Shown: positions 1 to 11,797 of the stretch, one piece after another | How the letters are laid out: each line of letters opens with the position of its first letter | Numbering within the stretch: the stretch's first letter is position 1 | From: Eledone cirrhosa | Taxonomy: Eukaryota | Direction of reading: 5' to 3' | NCBI GenBank assembly: GCA_964016885.1 | Contig: OZ024742.1 | Coordinates: forward strand, 132,122,001 to 132,186,000 | DNA length: 64,000 nt | Program-made: the position numbers and the translations under genes | The notes under the pieces: generated by a model | What the model saw: the letters and a program-made list of their open reading frames with translations, nothing else | The model's database searches: none | Told to the model about the DNA's origin: nothing

Positions 1-1452
1 GGCGACGTTCACTCGATGTTCTAGTACTAGAATTCAATTGTTTATAAAACCATATGCTACCGATTATGAAAAAAAACACAAAAAAAAAAGGAAGTATGTG
101 TAGGATATTGTACTCCTAGTGATTGTGCTACGGAAATCGTGAAAACCACACTGAATTTATATATATATATATATAAAATACCTTTGATCATAGATGTGCT
201 CTATTTGGATTGACTCGGGGCTAATATTCAACCCAAAGATGGAGAAATAACAAATAAAGCCAAAAATAAAATATGACAAACATAAAACAAACCCAATAAC
301 TTCATTGGTTCTTTCTCATTACTGTTTATTATTCCCATTTTGTTTGTTTGTTTTTATATATATATCCAATTTACTCACTGTCCCCAATTACGTTAAATTA
401 TGAAAAGGGAGTAAGCCTGGCCATTTTCTCATTCCCTCTAATAGGCGTCTTTGAAAACAATACATAAAAAAAATCGTTGGTAATAAACTTCTCTCAATGA
501 ACAGCTAAAGAAGAATATGGGTTCGTAAGTCATCTAATTATTTGTATTATTGGTCTTTCGCCAACATTATAAAGATGTTGGAAGCCAGCCATACGAAAGA
601 TTCGTAGTAATTACCCTTTTTCCTTCAGCCTTCATATATATGTTTCCTTATATATTTGGGTTCTTGTGATGATCAGTTTGTATACTTGAATGTATGTATA
701 AAAGTAAGTTTCTAATGTGTCCATTAAAAGTTAAGTGTGAAGGTGACTGAAGATATATTATAGTAGTGCTTCCGGTTTTAGCGTACGTGTATGTTACCTT
801 TTGAAAATATGTTTGATATTCTGTGTATGGTTGTCTCTATGTATGTGTGTGTGTAAGTGAGTGTATATGTCTGTATGCAAGTGTATTCGTCTTTTGTGTT
901 TGACTGTATGTTAGTGTGTATATATGTGTTTGTTTTGTGTATGCGTCTCTAAGCAAATAATTATATAAACATATTTGCAAACACTAAGTCCACTAAGGGA
1001 CATGGGTATGCTGCTTGCTTCTGTGTTCGATCACACAGCGAGTCTCGAAGGGAAAATAACTTCTATCTTAACAAGGATTCGACAAATGGCATGTGATTCA
1101 AAATAGATTTAATGGCTATATAGCAACATATTTTAAATTAGAAGCATTGCCTTCAATAGAAGGAAAAGGAAACACTTTCTATTGTTCATTCTGAATACAG
1201 AAAAAGAATATGTATATATTGAGGCTTTTAAGATATTATTATCTCTTCGACAGAATGTAACTTCCCCTATGATTCTCCTATAAGATTTCCTGCAGCTGAA
1301 TCTATATACCAGTTGGTATTTATGTCAAACGGGATTTGGAACACAATACACACACACACGTGCGGACACACACACACACACACACACTGAAACACACAAC
1401 ACACACAGAGAAACACACATATATATATGAATATTATGTTTACTTATATATG

Positions 1453-1545
<93 letters not shown>

Positions 1546-1560
1546 AATACATATATATAT

Positions 1561-1870
1561 AGTGTGTGTGTTCAGTTATTATTGCTGGCAATATTATAAC
1601 AACATAACACTTGCCAGCAATAATAACTGAACACACACACTGTTTGGTTTGTGTTGGTTTTCGCTTCTGTATCTGTTATATCTCCACAGTTAATTTATCT
1701 GGCAATCAATGTTTATCATTGATTGACCAACGGTTAAAAATACAGATATAAATACATATATATAGTCAAAGTTTTTTCGTCACACATCTATGACACCATC
1801 AGTGGTACTATTATATTTCCTCCCGTTGTATTGTAATGCCTACGCCATTTTTATTTAATTTATTTATTTA
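1561..1870 (-). mobile_element. Solo PLE pseudo-LTR (family related to the 33.6-37.2 kb element) with degenerate HHR and terminal fold-back
   Basis: Matches 13808-14100 and 31280-31570 (cctacgccatttt...ctttcgt(t/c)gcac...aacacactcactgtttgg); minus-strand CTGATGG...GAAA at ~1765-1805; 31-bp inverted repeat 1561-1591/1611-1641. Confidence 0.75.
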
Positions 1871-1953
1871 TTTATTTATTCTCGTCCCTGCCACTATTTG
1901 CACATGCTTTTTCCGTGTGTCTTTCCTGTTTGGTTTGTGTGTTCGTATTTGAG

Positions 1954-2026
<73 letters not shown>

Positions 2027-2094
2027 GTTGTAGTGTTGCAGGTAAATGCGTCCCTAGGCGGCAGAACAGTCGGGATGTTTGAACACACAAGGCA

Positions 2095-2180
2095 TATCTG
2101 AAGAAGCTTCAAATGCAGAGTGGGGTTCGATTTGTAACAGATCCTGTCTCGAGCAGATCGACGGAGAAACATATGTAATA
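2095..2180 (+). ncRNA. Possible hammerhead ribozyme with long stem II
   Basis: tat CTGAAGA ...tcgatttg..cagatcga.. GAAA catatg TA ata, followed by aataaa; palindromic stem III ACATATGT. Confidence 0.4.
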
Positions 2181-2228
2181 ACCTAATAAATTTTGGTTTG
2201 ATGCATTACTGATTCCTCGTTCTTTGTA

Positions 2229-2299
<71 letters not shown>

Positions 2300-2326
2300 G
2301 AGAGAGGGAGAGGAAGAGAGAGATAT

Positions 2327-3300
2327 CTTTCTTTATTTGCCACAGGGGCGTACAAAAATGGGACGTTACAAGACGTGACGGCGCGGGTTTTACATAAAAA
2401 TAACTTTAACATTAATAAATAACAATAAACTATATATAATAAAATAAAAATTGAAATCCCCAGTAGGGGGGAACGTTACTGCAGGGTTGTTTTACACCCC
2501 GTGGATAGAACAACCCTCAACACCAGGAACACGTTTTTTAGGTGTTCCTGTATTCCCTCTGTTTATCTTCCTCAACGTACAGGTTTATATACAGAGAAGC
2601 CCCATTCACTCGGGCCATTTTGGCCACATTCACCCACCTTTCAGCGAATTTACTGGGGTGTTGCACCTCTCTCTCCACTCTCACCTTCCTTGTGAAGTGA
2701 TACTTAAAGAAGGGGATAAGTTGCTGTCCGGAGAGAAAGGTGTTTGCCCTCAGTCCTTTTAACCTCGTCCACCATTTTACCTCTTTCGCCATAGCCACCA
2801 GACAGAGGAAAACGCCTCTCCTTCGTTCTTAAATGAAGGCGGCGGGTTGATCTTTACGATGAACTCGGCTGACAACTGCATACGTCCCACACGTGACAGC
2901 AGCTGTTCGACATACTTCCACAGGTCGGTCACCCCTGGGCACTGAACAATTGCGTGCAGCGCGGTTTCGATGTCCTGCTCGCATCTTGGACAGGTCCTTT
3001 TGGCAGGATCTCTGCCAGGGCGTCCGTGCCTGTAGATTTTATCTCGAACTAGTAGAGCTCCTCGGTAGCACTGCCAAGCCAGAAACCTCTGGAAGTTATC
3101 CATAGGTCCTGGACGGAAAGTCCTGGACGGAAAGTCCTCCCGAACAGACTGGTCAGTTCGTCTTCCTCGATGCCTAGAGTTTCCCCGAGAACGTCGTCGC
3201 ACTTATTCTCCACTAATCCCCTATAGAATGTCGAAGTAGAGTCTCCGCTGATTGCCGTTTCCGCTTGGTAGAGGGCTGTAAGCGCCTGTAGGCACTCGAG
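2327..3300 (-). mobile_element. 5'-truncated L1/Tx1-clade non-LTR retrotransposon 3' end (zf-RVT CCHC region + 3' UTR)
   Basis: ORF 2777-3202 has LAWQCYRGAL..CPRCEQDIETALHAIVQCP..LW; continues after a frameshift in ORF 2538-2798; aataaa then a (TC)-rich tract at the 3' end. Confidence 0.8.
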
Positions 3301-3944
3301 GTAGATAGATAGATAGATAGATAGAAGTTATGAGCTAAAATATATTGCAGTGGAAAGTGCTCTATTAAACTTGTTGCACTTAACGGCTTTGATATGATGA
3401 TATTCTTTACCATTTTAAATGTCTGCTGTAATAGTTATTACTAGCTTTTTGTTTTAATGATGAATGTCGATAATATTACAAACATACATATACCAACATT
3501 TAGAGCTGCTTCGAAAAAGAGGGACTGTTTTGTAACGTTTCTCTGTTAATGTAAATCAATGTTGATGTTGTTTCTTTGCAGACATTAGCTATCAGTGAGT
3601 GTCGGTTTTCTCTTTATCGCTACTAGTATTATTAATTGCAATTTTTGCTGATAATGGTACTAGGTATTATGATATTGACGATAATCATATTGAATAACGA
3701 TAATGATACTGAGGAGTAGGCGGAAATGGAAGAAGGGAAGGAGGGGGACTGATATGATGGTGACGACGCAGAATGTGCCATATATCAGAATGTGCCACAT
3801 ATCGAAATTACCTTACATAACTTCTCACAACATTCTCTTCAATACTCTATACAAATATCCCTGTTGTTGTTATTAATATTATTTCATATGCAAGCAAAAT
3901 CTGTCTGTTCTCTCTCTCTCACTATATATATATACATATGTATA

Positions 3945-4227
<283 letters not shown>

Positions 4228-4291
4228 CAAGGCTCTGATACCATCAACACTATAAACACAGACATGGCATATCATATCTAAGAACTGGCTA

Positions 4292-4347
4292 ACTGCCTGA
4301 TGAGGTCATAGCCATTCAATGGCTATCATCGAAATATATATAGCAGT
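4292..4347 (+). ncRNA. Minimal type I hammerhead ribozyme
   Basis: actgc CTGATGA ggtc atagccattcaatggctat catc GAAA tatata TA gcagt; stem I actgc/gcagt; palindromic stem III; aataaa follows. Confidence 0.8.
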
Positions 4348-4409
4348 AAATAAACGATTATGAGTTCATGCAATTGACTTATGTTTCGTCACTATATATA
4401 TATATATAA

Positions 4410-4452
<43 letters not shown>

Positions 4453-4454
4453 TT

Positions 4455-4650
4455 TAGGTTTGTTGGGTCACCACTGGATAGAACTGGTCATTCCGTATGA
4501 TCAACCTCGATGTAATATTAGGGAGAGCACGCGACGTAATGCAACTCACCCGTCTTCGTTTGTTTTGTTGTTTGTGCGAGTACGGGGTTAATTATTATAA
4601 AATAAGGAGGCTGGACTGGTGTAATTCCTTAAAGTTTATTATTTTAAAGT
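4455..4650 (-). mobile_element. Fragment of the HHR-bearing direct-repeat element family (cf. 23015-23205)
   Basis: Reverse complement aligns with 23015-23205 (ccagtccagcctcc...acgaagacgggtga...catacggaatga...ccaacaaacctaaa). Confidence 0.75.
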
Positions 4651-4934
4651 AGTGACTAGGTCACTTCTTATTTCAACAAACAAAGGGTTATAAGTGGAAA
4701 TAAGAAGTTGAAATAAGAAGTTGAAATAAGAAGTTGAAATAAGAAGAAAGTGACATAGTCACTACTGTAAAATCATAGCGCAAGGTATTCAACATTTTTT
4801 TAATTAAGCATACAGTATATTGCCAAATATACTGTACATATATTCACGTATACATCGCTCTTTCCGAGCACCAATCCTAATTTTCAATTTTTGCTGGACC
4901 GGCAATCGCTCTGTATAATCAGTTCCTGATTATT

Positions 4935-5910
4935 TCTTCTTGGTTGTCCATCGTAAACGATGATGAAACCTTCTTTATTGTTGTCCCCGTCTGCCGTTGG
5001 CACGAAGGTGGCTGTGGAGGCCGATCATTGACTTGCAGGTCCTGGGACAGTGGGGGCCAGGGGAAGAGACAGGAGTCAGACTGGCAACTCCTAGAGGTTA
5101 CCACCACCTGTTACCTCCGCATCTTGCCTATCGCCGCAGGGCTTTGGGAGTGCACGCTAAAGAAGAAACCTTTGCGGTAAAGGTTTATAGTGGCAGGGCC
5201 AGTGGCAGGGACAATGACAGTCCCACTAACTCGGCCGCAGAAGCCAGAATCCGGTGGTACGGAGGACCGTCATGACCAGGGACTTCCTTGACTGCAGTGG
5301 ATGGCCACGACGTCTGTAGTGCCTAGCCGTGCCCTAGCACTCCACACCGCTTGCTGTCGCCGCCTTCGTGATCGTTGTCCTCCTCCACTCACTCTGCCGG
5401 GTCCAGTCTTCGCATACAGGGGCAGGCATCCCCTATCTAACTCACCGCGGGGTTTCAGACCCGTTCGGCTACCCTCAACCTGGTTCAGCCCGCCAGCCAA
5501 GCCGGTTTGCCGGGGTGTGGCCGCTGTCGCATGTTACAGCTTCTGGGGCCACAAGTGAGAGCTGAGTGTCATGTGAGACCCAATGCAGGACGAGCTGTCC
5601 TGAAAAGGGGATGGCTGGACCCCCATCTACAGAGGTACATGCCCCTTCCTGACAGCCCAGGCATATCCACACGCATACACATACACATACATATGTACAT
5701 GTGTATATACATATTTACACATTTTTGGACAGCCGTTGACTCTTATGAGTACTTCCGCCGTTTGTCAGGGTTTGTTTTTTGACCTGCAGGCTGTCTAAAA
5801 TCAACCTCCACACCAAGTAAACTTGGTGGGGTTGCCAGTTTAGTCGCCGACGACCCGACCATGCGACAGGTTGTACTGGTTTACATGTTACCAGTAGCAC
5901 TCAAGAGTGA
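4935..5910 (-). mobile_element. Internally deleted RTE-clade (BovB-like) non-LTR element
   Basis: 10-bp TSD cctgattatt (4925-4934, 5911-5920); 3' end encodes PHCPRTCKSMIGLHSHLRA (RTE C-terminal zinc-finger-like) and ends gatggacaaccaagaaga; remainder is GC-rich RTE-like 5' UTR. Confidence 0.8.
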
Positions 5911-5977
5911 CCTGATTATTACTGGAATTCTATAAGAATCCAGCATCTATAATTTTTAACAAACATCGGCGAGTGCT

Positions 5978-6021
5978 AAGTTCGGATGATCACCAACAAT
6001 GTGAAACAGATCTCTCAGCTT
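5978..6021 (+). ncRNA. Hammerhead ribozyme, mutated copy in retrozyme monomer 1
   Basis: aagtt CGGATGA tcaccaacaatgt GAAA cagatctc TC agctt. Confidence 0.6.
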
Positions 6022-6294
6022 ATCTCCCTTTGTTTGTTGAAATAATAAGTAAGTGACATAGTCACTACTTTAAATTAATAGCGCAAGGGCTTCAAAATGT
6101 TTTAAATTGAGCATACAGTATATAGCCAAATATACTATACATATATTCATGTATACATAGCTATTTCAGAGCACCCATCCACATTTTCAATTTTTGCTGG
6201 ACCGGCAATCGCTCTGTATAATCAGTTCCTGATTATTACTGGAATTCTATAAGAATCTAGCATCTATAATTTTAAACAAACATCGGCGAGTGCT

Positions 6295-6338
6295 AAGCTC
6301 TGATGATCACCAAGAGTGTGAAACAGATCTGTCAGCTT
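6295..6338 (+). ncRNA. Hammerhead ribozyme, intact core, retrozyme monomer 2
   Basis: aagct CTGATGA t cac caaga gtg t GAAA cagatctg TC^agctt; GUC cleavage triplet; palindromic ACAGATCTGT. Confidence 0.85.
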
Positions 6339-6509
6339 ATCTCCCTTTGTTTGTTGAAATAATAAGTAAGTGACATAGTCACTACTTTAAATTAATAGCG
6401 CAAGGGCTTCAAAATGTTTTAAATTAAGCATACAGTATATTGCCAAATATACTATAAATATATTCATATATAAATATATTCATATATATATATATATATA
6501 TACACATAA

Positions 6510-6568
<59 letters not shown>

Positions 6569-6569
6569 T

Positions 6570-6945
6570 ATTGTTATACTTTGGGAGGGTCATGTTTTCC
6601 AATAAGAAACACACGCACCAGCGAATTCACTTCAATTTATTATGATACATTTATAAATTTAGGAATTTATAAATCTCCGGTTGGTTTGTTGGTTCCACAA
6701 CCAGATGGTTGTTTATATATTGTGAACGTTCTTTCGTCACACATTCTGTGAACTCTTCAGTGACTGGGGTTTCTTTTCTTTGTTTTTGTGCCTCTCCTTT
6801 GTTTTGTCCTACGCCATCTTGTTTCTGTGTATAAATAAGAAGTAAGTGACATAGACACAGAAACAAGATGGCGTAGGACAGAATAAAGGTTTCATCACAC
6901 GTTTTCAGATAAATAATCTTGCTAAACAAATTCAGAAACGAAATA
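6570..6945 (-). mobile_element. Rearranged solo PLE pseudo-LTR with HHR
   Basis: Closely similar to 33700-33960 and 39293-39560; the terminal segment equivalent to 33643-33697 sits inverted at 6886-6945. Confidence 0.8.
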
Positions 6946-7117
6946 TATATATATATCTATGATATTAATAAAAGGAAATTATATTTATAAAAGCATATTT
7001 ATTCTATATATAAACGAGCAGTGAATATTTGAATAAGCTATAAAATATATTTAATCAACAGCCACGAAATTTAGTAGATAAATTATGTAAGAGTCATTCA
7101 TTATATATTCAATGTAA

Positions 7118-7297
7118 GGGCGGTTGATTGGCAGTATCAGTAGAGGGTCGGACGCCATGCTTTGACGCATAGAGTTACGGCCCTTGCCATTCTGACTTCA
7201 AATCCCGCCGAGGTTATCTTTGCCTTTCATCCTTACGGGGTCGATAAAATAATGTACTGGGTAATTACTGGCCTTGTGCCAAAAGTAGAAAAAATTA
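7118..7297 (+). mobile_element. tRNA-derived SINE (family A)
   Basis: A-box-like tggcagtatcagtag, B-box-like ttcaaatcc, body gcctttcatccttacggggtcgataaaa, TSD tattcaatgtaa. Confidence 0.9.
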
Positions 7298-7929
7298 TTT
7301 ATTCAATGTAATCCAATTTATTTTACAAACGGGATAAAAATATATTCTGGATGCAGTCCCGTACTCCTTACTTTATTATAGTTAAGAGTTCAAGGGTACT
7401 AAAACTTTGGTACGCTCTCATCAGATAAAACACAAAGTTTGTTTTATAAATATTGACATATCCAGGAATGAGATCTTAACGGTTCAAGTTTTTCCTGGAT
7501 AGTAAAAGGAAAGAGAGGAATAGTCAAATATTTCAAATTATTAAGATGAATATGCAAATGAGGTTGAGATATAGGGCTGAAAGAAAACGTTATTTTTAGA
7601 CGCTAGGTAGATTTAAATAATTATTAGGATATATATATATATATGTATGTGTAGGAAGAAGAAAAAGAAGAATGAAAAACTTGTATTTACGTGAATTTAA
7701 AAAGAATTAACAGTTTGTAGGAATGGTGGAATATGATTCCAGAATTAAAAAAATACATATATATATATTTAGCTATATTATGAGTTATAATATTATATAT
7801 AATCAATTAGATTATATGAAGAATTATGGTTGTAAGTACATTTTATCTTATTATATTGCAACAGGTTGTAAGTTATTCTTCATTGGAAAAAAAACTTATT
7901 TTCTTACATATATATATATTTATATATAT

Positions 7930-8592
7930 ATATATGAAAGACGTAAAATAAGAAAATTTTAAAAATTAACTTACTTACTAAAATGTTCACTCCAACTAAT
8001 TAGTTTCTGTAATGGAATAAAGATAGTTACGCAATGTAACCATCGATAATTCATTACGTCATCAGGGAGTCTATTCTCAGATAAGTCTCCAGGCAATGCG
8101 CGGACACTAGGGACTCATATAAAAATAATAATTCGGTGGATGGAACAGCTAGCGGGGACTGAATTCCATAGCACTGAAAAAGTTCACTGTCTCTGGTCAA
8201 ATGGCAGATTCTAAAGAATCAATCACGTGACACTGAGGCTAGTCAGAAGGAGTGGATGGTATAATAACAAAAGCCTACTACTACTACTATGAATTAGTAG
8301 TGGATTTGGCAAGTTTGCTCAACAAATAAATAATTTGGAGATAAATATAGAGAATTAGTATATTTACCAACATATGCGTACAGATGTACACTAATGCTAG
8401 CAAATACATAAGTTACGTCATAGTACCTAGGTGTTTCAATGCAGGAGGATGCAGAACAATTTTCTTATTTTACGTCTTTCATATAATTGTTCTGCATACT
8501 CCTGCATTGAACCACCTAGGTACTATGACATAACTTATGTATTTGCTAGCATTAGTGTACATCTGTACGCATATGTTGGTAAATAGACTAAT

Positions 8593-8623
<31 letters not shown>

Positions 8624-8695
8624 GAAAGACGTAAAATAAGAAAATTATAAAAATTAACTTACTAAAATTTCACTCCAACTAATTAGTTTCTGATA
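7930..8695 (-). mobile_element. Non-coding HHR-bearing PLE-type pseudo-LTR element with internal ~113-bp fold-back and repeated 3' terminus
   Basis: Inverted arms 8349-8461/8485-8597; terminus 7930-8008 repeated at 8620-8692. Confidence 0.7.
7990..8069 (-). ncRNA. Type I hammerhead ribozyme
   Basis: rc: ctcc CTGATGA cgtaatg...cattaca GAAA ctaattag TT ggag; palindromic ACTAATTAGT. Confidence 0.75.
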
Positions 8696-8768
8696 TATAT
8701 ATATATAATTTCTTATATATATATATAAGAAAATAAGGTTTTATATATATATATATGTGTGTGTGTGT

Positions 8769-8831
<63 letters not shown>

Positions 8832-9929
8832 TGTGTGTGTGTGCGTGTGCGTGTGTGTGTGTGTGTGTCTATGTTTGTGTTTGTGTGTATGTGGACGTAT
8901 GGATGTATGAATGGTGTATGTATGGATGTAAAGGAAAAGTCTACAAGAAACAAGAAACCATAAAATCAATGATAATTTATTAGTTTGATATATTTCGAAA
9001 AAAAAGAACATTTCGGACGCTATTCGTTTATCAGATGGTAGAGTGTGAAAAGAGAAAATGTTTGTAAAAGGAAAAAATGGCAGATGTGTGCGAAAAGAAA
9101 AGAGAAAAGAGAGAAAAGGAGTGATTGAAGGAAAGCACACGTTGTTATTCATCTGAGATTTTATGGGTGTAAAATAAATTGCAAACAAATCTTGATTTGT
9201 GGAAAAATAGTGAAAATTCAAATAACTGATACGGCTTCATATATTGATTTTGACGACGTATCTGTTGCGATATATATACGTATGCGCAGCAAATATTTGT
9301 CCGTCAGAATACGAGTTATCTCGTTCACACAGAAAATAGCAAAATAACAATATAAAATTTAAATATTTCTGTTTATGGTAGTTTTGGCTATGTTTTTGAG
9401 TATATTTATTATTCATTTGCATATTTATAGATTTTCTTTTCTTGTCGTATTTTTCCTATTTAAAATATTCAATGCATTCAGTACACACATCCCATTAACA
9501 GTGTTATACTTTGAATATAGCACAGAGGGTTGGTCGTGAAATTCTCTCACCCATTTCACTCTGTCACCTTCCCTTACCATTGCTCTGTCGCTCCCTATAT
9601 ATATATATATATTCACACACACACAGACAGACACCTCACACACATATATATATATACATATATGTATATATATATATATGTATATATATGTATATATATT
9701 ACCCACTCTAATACCCTAAGTATTGAGTTATCTGGTGAGTAATGGTCCATCTGGATCCTTACCACAACTCTTTCGTTATATATATATATATATATATAAA
9801 ACACCATATATTTTTTAAAAGCGATACAATACAAAAGTTCCCTGTATCCAACAAAACTCTGGGTAGAGAAATACTACGTAGAGCTTTGTCAAAAGGCATG
9901 CACTTCGTTTTCATATTATATAATTGTTT

Positions 9930-10110
9930 ATACTTTTTCCACAAGTCCAGCAATTACCCCGGTGGATTACTGCTGCTTTATGTTATCAACCCCGTAAGGA
10001 TGAAAGGCAAATTTAACCTTAGTGGAATTTGAACTCAGACCGTAACGGGCCGTAACTCTATGCTGCAAAGCGTGGCATCTGACCCTCTATCGATACTGCC
10101 AATCCACCAA
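9930..10110 (-). mobile_element. SINE family A
   Basis: Reverse complement of the 7118-7297 consensus. Confidence 0.85.
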
Positions 10111-10892
10111 TGCTTAAGCTCCTCTAATGTAATGAATACATGTTTTTAAACTGTGGTTAATCTCCAATTTTACTCGGGATATACATATCTTTATATATAT
10201 ATATACACTTCAAGACTAAAGACAATCATACTTATACATACACTTATATGCACACATATTTGTATTTGTTTATGAAATTTCGAAATCACATCGATTCATT
10301 TACAAGTTTGAATTAGAGTTTTATTTTATCAATGAGTAAATCACATATTATGATGTCATAGTTCAGTAACAAAATACAAATTTATAACATTGTAACACAA
10401 GTGGGTTTATAAGTACATTGAAATATTTTAAACAAACAAATGTCTCGATCTGCCTGGAACTTGCGTTTTTACCTATGTTTGTGGTTACAAATTATGAAGT
10501 ATTATTCGCTTCTCTTCAATGTGAATTTTCCGAAGCATTATCTACTTGCGAAGTTGTGACATTCATTTTCTTCTCAAAACCACTTTTTTCTCATGGTATT
10601 CCAATTCATAATATGCAGTCGTTTTATATACTGTTCCTTTCGAGCGAGATAAATTCATTCATAAACTGATTTCACTCTGCTCTAATCACTCGCTTCATTT
10701 CAATTATAGGTAATTTGTACTAAAATGTTTGTATTAGACAAATGTCACTTAATTAATTTGAAAACTTCATTTTCCCATGCTCTGTATATTATTCAAATTT
10801 AAATTTCCTCGTAATGCATGTGTGACTATACATTATTTGTTTCTCACTCAGACTGAAATTTTAGTGGAGAAAATATAGAATTGAATAACTTT

Positions 10893-11066
10893 AGATTGGC
10901 AGTATCTGTAGAGCGTCAGACACCACGCTTTGCAGCATAGAGTTATGACCATTTACGTTCTGAGTTAATTTTGCCGTTCATCCTTACGGGGTCGATATAA
11001 TAAAGCACTAGTAAAGTAATGCACTGGGATAATTGCTGGCCGTATGCCAAAAGTAGACACAATTAT
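10893..11066 (+). mobile_element. SINE family A
   Basis: Aligns to 7118-7297 with a small internal deletion. Confidence 0.85.
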
Positions 11067-11275
11067 ATTCTTGCTGCTTGGATACAAACTTTAAAATATA
11101 AATTCTTACAACTTGGAATATCGAAGAAACATGGCAAATATTATGTATTTAGAACAGTAATTTACTAAAAAAAAACTCAACGGACCAGAGATACCGACAT
11201 TCTAAGATGAGCCAAAAGTATTATGTAGCGAATTGTATAATACCCAGATGCTTTTTTGTTGTATGTGTTATAATA

Positions 11276-11463
11276 AGTGTTTCTATTTTAGGCACAAGGC
11301 CAGCAATTACCCAGTGCATTACTGGTACTTTATGTTATCGACCCCGTAAGGATGAAAGGCAAAGTTAACCTCGGCGGGATTTGAACTCAGAATGGCAAGG
11401 GCCTTAACTCTATGCGTCAAAGCATGGTGTCCGACCCTCTACCGATACTGCCAATCCACCGCC
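11276..11463 (-). mobile_element. SINE family A
   Basis: Full-length reverse copy; TSD tatgtgttataataa. Confidence 0.9.
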
Positions 11464-11609
11464 ATATGTGTTATAATAATGTTCTTTGTACTTGCATTGA
11501 AATGGGAATCGGCGCCAATTATGGATATTTCCTTTTTATTTTCTGTACTAGAGATGTTAGCGGTCACCTTTAGTTATATGTTGATCTTATATTATTTTAT
11601 GTTGCAATA

Positions 11610-11797
11610 GGGCGGTGGATTGGCAGTACCGGTAGAGGGTCGGACGCCATGCTTTCCAGCATAGTTACGTCCCTTTACGATCTGAGTTCAAATCCCGCCG
11701 AGGTTAACTTTGCCTTTCATCCTTACGGGGTCGATAAAATAAAGTACCAGTAATGCACTGGGTAATTGCTGGCCTTGTGCCTAAAGTAGAAACAATT
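11610..11797 (+). mobile_element. SINE family A
   Basis: Full-length; TSD attattttatgttgcaat. Confidence 0.9.

Larger units (their letters stand above)
4645..6475 (+). repeat. Tandem 317-bp HHR-containing repeat (non-LTR retrozyme-like), first monomer interrupted by an RTE insertion, short inverted 5' piece at 4645-4695
   Basis: Repeat unit recurs with period 317 (catcggcgag at 5964 and 6281); each unit carries an HHR; no ORF. Confidence 0.85.

Noticed and set aside
4698-4745. gaaataagaagtt x4 as a CRISPR-like array
   Set aside because: Contiguous 13-bp slippage repeats without spacers; eukaryotic context
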